This document shows, piece by piece, positions 18,052-20,000 of a DNA stretch of 20,000 nt. The notes under the pieces were generated by a model, which saw only the letters and a list, made by a program, of their open reading frames with translations, made no database searches and was not told the origin of the DNA. The position numbers and the translations under genes are program-made. The stretch is from an uncultured virus (IMG/VR IMGVR_UViG_3300031416_000004) (Duplodnaviria > Heunggongvirae > Uroviricota > Caudoviricetes): IMG/VR virus record IMGVR_UViG_3300031416_000004, one strand, 5' to 3'. Positions within the stretch are counted from its first letter, which is position 1; every line of letters starts with the position of its first letter.

Positions 18052-18133
18052 CTGCTTCGGCAGGCATTGCGCGGCAGATGACAGTTAGAGCGTAAACGCT
18101 GCTGTAAGCCGGTTCGCCCTGGTGGCCGCGCCA
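18051..18133 (+). ncRNA. Candidate structured RNA or leader: C(UUCG)G hairpin plus a tRNA-like three-way junction
   Basis: CCTGC-TTCG-GCAGG; 7-bp stem 18069-75/18125-31 enclosing two hairpins; G-U pairs favour the + strand. Confidence 0.45.
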
Positions 18134-18159
18134 TATCAACCCTGAAAGGAAATTCAGAC

Positions 18160-18387
18160 ATGGCAGTCAAGAAGACATTTGATTTCAAATTGTCGCAGCG
18201 CGTTGGCCTAGCGCTATCGAAAAAGCGCCCCGCCCAATTTAACGAACCGCGTCCGACCGAAACCGGCGTGGTGATTGGACGATCTCAATATACCAATTGC
18301 AATCCTCAATACCTCGTTCGATACGTTGCTGCAGACGGTAGACAGATCGAAGAATGGCTTGCTGAAGACGCGATCGTTGCCGCCTAA
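18160..18387 (+). CDS. Small phage hypothetical protein (75 aa), possibly an SH3/KOW-like beta fold
   Basis: AAAGGA SD; GVVIGRSQY...YLVRYVAADGRQIEEW resembles a recurrent phage family; occupies otherwise gene-free space. Confidence 0.75.
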   Translation: MAVKKTFDFKLSQRVGLALSKKRPAQFNEPRPTETGVVIGRSQYTNCNPQYLVRYVAADGRQIEEWLAEDAIVAA

Positions 18388-18419
18388 ACCTTGACATTTC
18401 TCGTCAAAGTCCTGAATTT

Positions 18420-18516
18420 GAAGATGTTGTGTGACGACGCGGTAATTAGCCAAGGCCGTCCTCCCCGAAAGGGGTAGAGCAATCCGAGTGTTTGGCGCTC
18501 GGCACACAACACCTTT
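18420..18516 (+). ncRNA. Candidate cloverleaf-like structured RNA
   Basis: Perfect 9-bp closing stem TGTTGTGTG/CACACAACA enclosing three hairpins, including CCCC-GAAA-GGGG. Confidence 0.5.
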
Positions 18517-18524
18517 CCCCTGCT

Positions 18525-19712
18525 TCATTCCTCCGCAGTTTTCAACTTCTCATCCAGGTAATCGCTCCACCACTGCAACATCTCGCGCCGTTGGTTGATA
18601 TACTCGGCAGCATTGTAAGCAGCACGCACCTGGTTTTCCTCGACGTGCGCAAGTTGGCGCTCGATCCAGTCCGAATGGAAATGACCCGTCTCATTCAAAA
18701 TCGTTGAGGCCGTCGTGCGGAAGCCGTGAACCGTCGCCTTCGAGTGATACCCCATCCGGTAAAGCGCAAACAGCATGGTGTTGGTCGACATCACGCCTTC
18801 CCGCGAGTCTGTGGGGAACACGTAATCCGTATCAAGACTGAACTTCCGAACTTCTTTCAATACCTCGACGCTCTGTTTCGAAAGCGGCACCAGGTGCTCA
18901 AGGCCGGTCTTCATCCGTTCGGCCGGAATTCGCCAGGTCGGGTTCTTGCCGTCAAGGTCCTCAAACTCATGCCAGTTGGCGAAGCGAGTTTCTTTCGTTC
19001 GAACCATGTTTCGCAGTGTGAAGATCAACCCTAGTCTCGTCACCGGCTCACCATCATATGCATTGAGTGCTGCCATCAGCTTTGGGACACCACTCGGCTT
19101 CACGAAGTTTCGACGTTTTTTCTTCGGAGGTGTTTGCATCACCTTACTCATGTTGACCGTAGGATCGACGGTCACATACCCCAAGGGTTGGGCATACTGG
19201 AAAACGTTGCCAACGCTTTGGCGAACCCGTTTTGCCATGTCGATCGCGCCGCGCTCTTCAATCTTACGCAGCATCGATAGAACAGTCTCACCATCGATTT
19301 TCGCGATGTCCAGATGGCCGAGGTCTTTCATCACGTTACGCTTCATACGGCTGTCGATACGAATGGATTGACCTTCCGACCACCTGTTTTTCTTTTTCTG
19401 GAACCACTCGAAATATACCTCTTGGAAGGTGCGGATCGGCGCCGAACTGGTATCCTCTTTGACGACAGCAGGATCTTCGCCTTTGCGAAGGCGACGCTTG
19501 GCGTCATCACGGAGGTCTCTCGCTTCGACAAGCTTCATGTCAGGATAGGTGCCGAGGGTGAGATTTTTCTGCTTGCCGTCGAACCTGTAGGCGAGACGCC
19601 AAGTGCGTGATCCCGTGGGGTGAACCCAAAGTTGGAGCCCTCCTGCGTCGCTCAGTTTATAGAGCTTGTCTTGGCCTTTTGCTGCGCGGCAGGCTGCGTC
19701 TGTAAGCGGCAT
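18525..19712 (-). CDS. int: P4-like tyrosine integrase with an N-terminal arm-binding domain (395 aa)
   Basis: MPLTDAACR...KLSDAGGLQL...LGTYP; catalytic R (VRTKE), HGFR, QLAH and Y (AAYN); ATG 19712 with AGGAG SD. Confidence 0.96.
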   Translation of the reverse strand: MPLTDAACRAAKGQDKLYKLSDAGGLQLWVHPTGSRTWRLAYRFDGKQKNLTLGTYPDMKLVEARDLRDDAKRRLRKGEDPAVVKEDTSSAPIRTFQEVYFEWFQKKKNRWSEGQSIRIDSRMKRNVMKDLGHLDIAKIDGETVLSMLRKIEERGAIDMAKRVRQSVGNVFQYAQPLGYVTVDPTVNMSKVMQTPPKKKRRNFVKPSGVPKLMAALNAYDGEPVTRLGLIFTLRNMVRTKETRFANWHEFEDLDGKNPTWRIPAERMKTGLEHLVPLSKQSVEVLKEVRKFSLDTDYVFPTDSREGVMSTNTMLFALYRMGYHSKATVHGFRTTASTILNETGHFHSDWIERQLAHVEENQVRAAYNAAEYINQRREMLQWWSDYLDEKLKTAEE

Positions 19713-19721
19713 ATCAACTCC

Positions 19722-19763
19722 TGTTGGAATCCAACACCGACGTTCCAACACTTATACCAACAC
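19722..19763. repeat. CCAACA(C) repeats, probable integrase arm-type sites
   Basis: CCAACAC at 19731, 19745 and 19757; inverted TGTTGG at 19722; located between att and int. Confidence 0.6.
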
Positions 19764-19817
19764 CGCGCACGGATACCATGCAACAGCCTGAAACAAGGTG
19801 AAACACCGAACGTCTGT

Positions 19818-19846
19818 ATTATAAGGGTTTTAGGGGGATTTTGAAA
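19818..19846 (-). promoter_or_regulatory. Putative integrase promoter TTTCAA-17-TATAAT
   Basis: Consensus -10 at 19818-19823 and -35-like hexamer at 19841-19846. Confidence 0.45.
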
Positions 19847-19853
19847 CAGTATG

Positions 19854-19871
19854 CTCTCGCTGAAACGAGAG
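19854..19871 (-). terminator. Hairpin immediately 3' of the tRNA
   Basis: CTCTCG-N6-CGAGAG; no clear U-tract. Confidence 0.35.
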
Positions 19872-19873
19872 TT

Positions 19874-19949
19874 TGGTGGGCCCGGAGAGACTCGAACTCC
19901 CAACCAAGCGGTTATGAGCCGCCGGCTCTAACCATTGAGCTACAGGCCC
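19874..19949 (-). tRNA. ileX: tRNA-Ile2 (anticodon CAT, lysidine type; often annotated as tRNA-Met); probable attachment site
   Basis: GGGCCTGTAGCTCAATGGTTAGAGC...CTCATAA...GTTCGAGT...GGGCCCACCA; 76-nt cloverleaf with encoded CCA and a G1-C72 pair. Confidence 0.93.
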
Positions 19950-20000
19950 TTTCGGAAAAATTATCCGAAACACCGGCTTCGCAATGGTTCGAATCCGGTG

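Larger units (their letters stand above)
1..19873 (-). mobile_element. Prophage (lambda-like head, Chi/Nazgul-like siphophage tail), att-proximal part; continues beyond position 1
   Basis: Contiguous integrase, terminase, head and tail genes immediately 3' of a tRNA gene. Confidence 0.95.

Noticed and set aside
17755..18160. cos site upstream of terS
   Set aside because: No recognisable cos sequence; the space is occupied by alpA and regulatory elements, and genome ends cannot be assigned from this window
18431..18490. Hammerhead ribozyme (GTGACGA...GAAA)
   Set aside because: The CUGA core is imperfect, no stem III/NUH geometry is present, and the GAAA is a hairpin tetraloop
19713..19751. 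Integrase start at 19751
   Set aside because: Runs through the arm-type repeats; the SD and family N-terminus fit ATG 19712
19874..19949. tRNA-Met or initiator tRNA
   Set aside because: It has a G1-C72 pair and no three consecutive G-C pairs closing the anticodon stem; the body resembles Ile2

Overview
This window is the att-proximal 20 kb of a long-tailed temperate prophage, read almost entirely on the minus strand. It sits at the 3' end of a host tRNA-Ile2(CAT) gene (19874-19949). Gene order from the tRNA: P4-type tyrosine integrase; a small + strand ORF flanked by two structured RNA-like elements; AlpA-type excisionase coupled to TerS; TerL (GpA type); gpW; lambda-type portal; S49 protease with a nested scaffold; decoration protein; capsid E; head/neck genes carrying an inserted DUF6527-like gene and an HNH gene; tail terminator; tail tube; tail chaperone with a -1 frameshift; a 1677-aa tape measure protein with an embedded GH24-like lysozyme; and the start of a tail-associated gene. 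The structural module resembles Chi/BcepNazgul-like (Casjensviridae-like) phages. A Rhizobiales-like host is an inference only. The most striking unannotated signal is a dispersed 17-bp pseudo-palindrome, ATCAAC-N5-GTTGAT. It has at least 11 copies, occurs in every sizeable gap of the alpA-to-tail unit, often comes in 19-bp-spaced pairs, and sometimes fills the spacer of a sigma70-like promoter. Family calls come from recognising motifs and synteny by eye, not from database searches.
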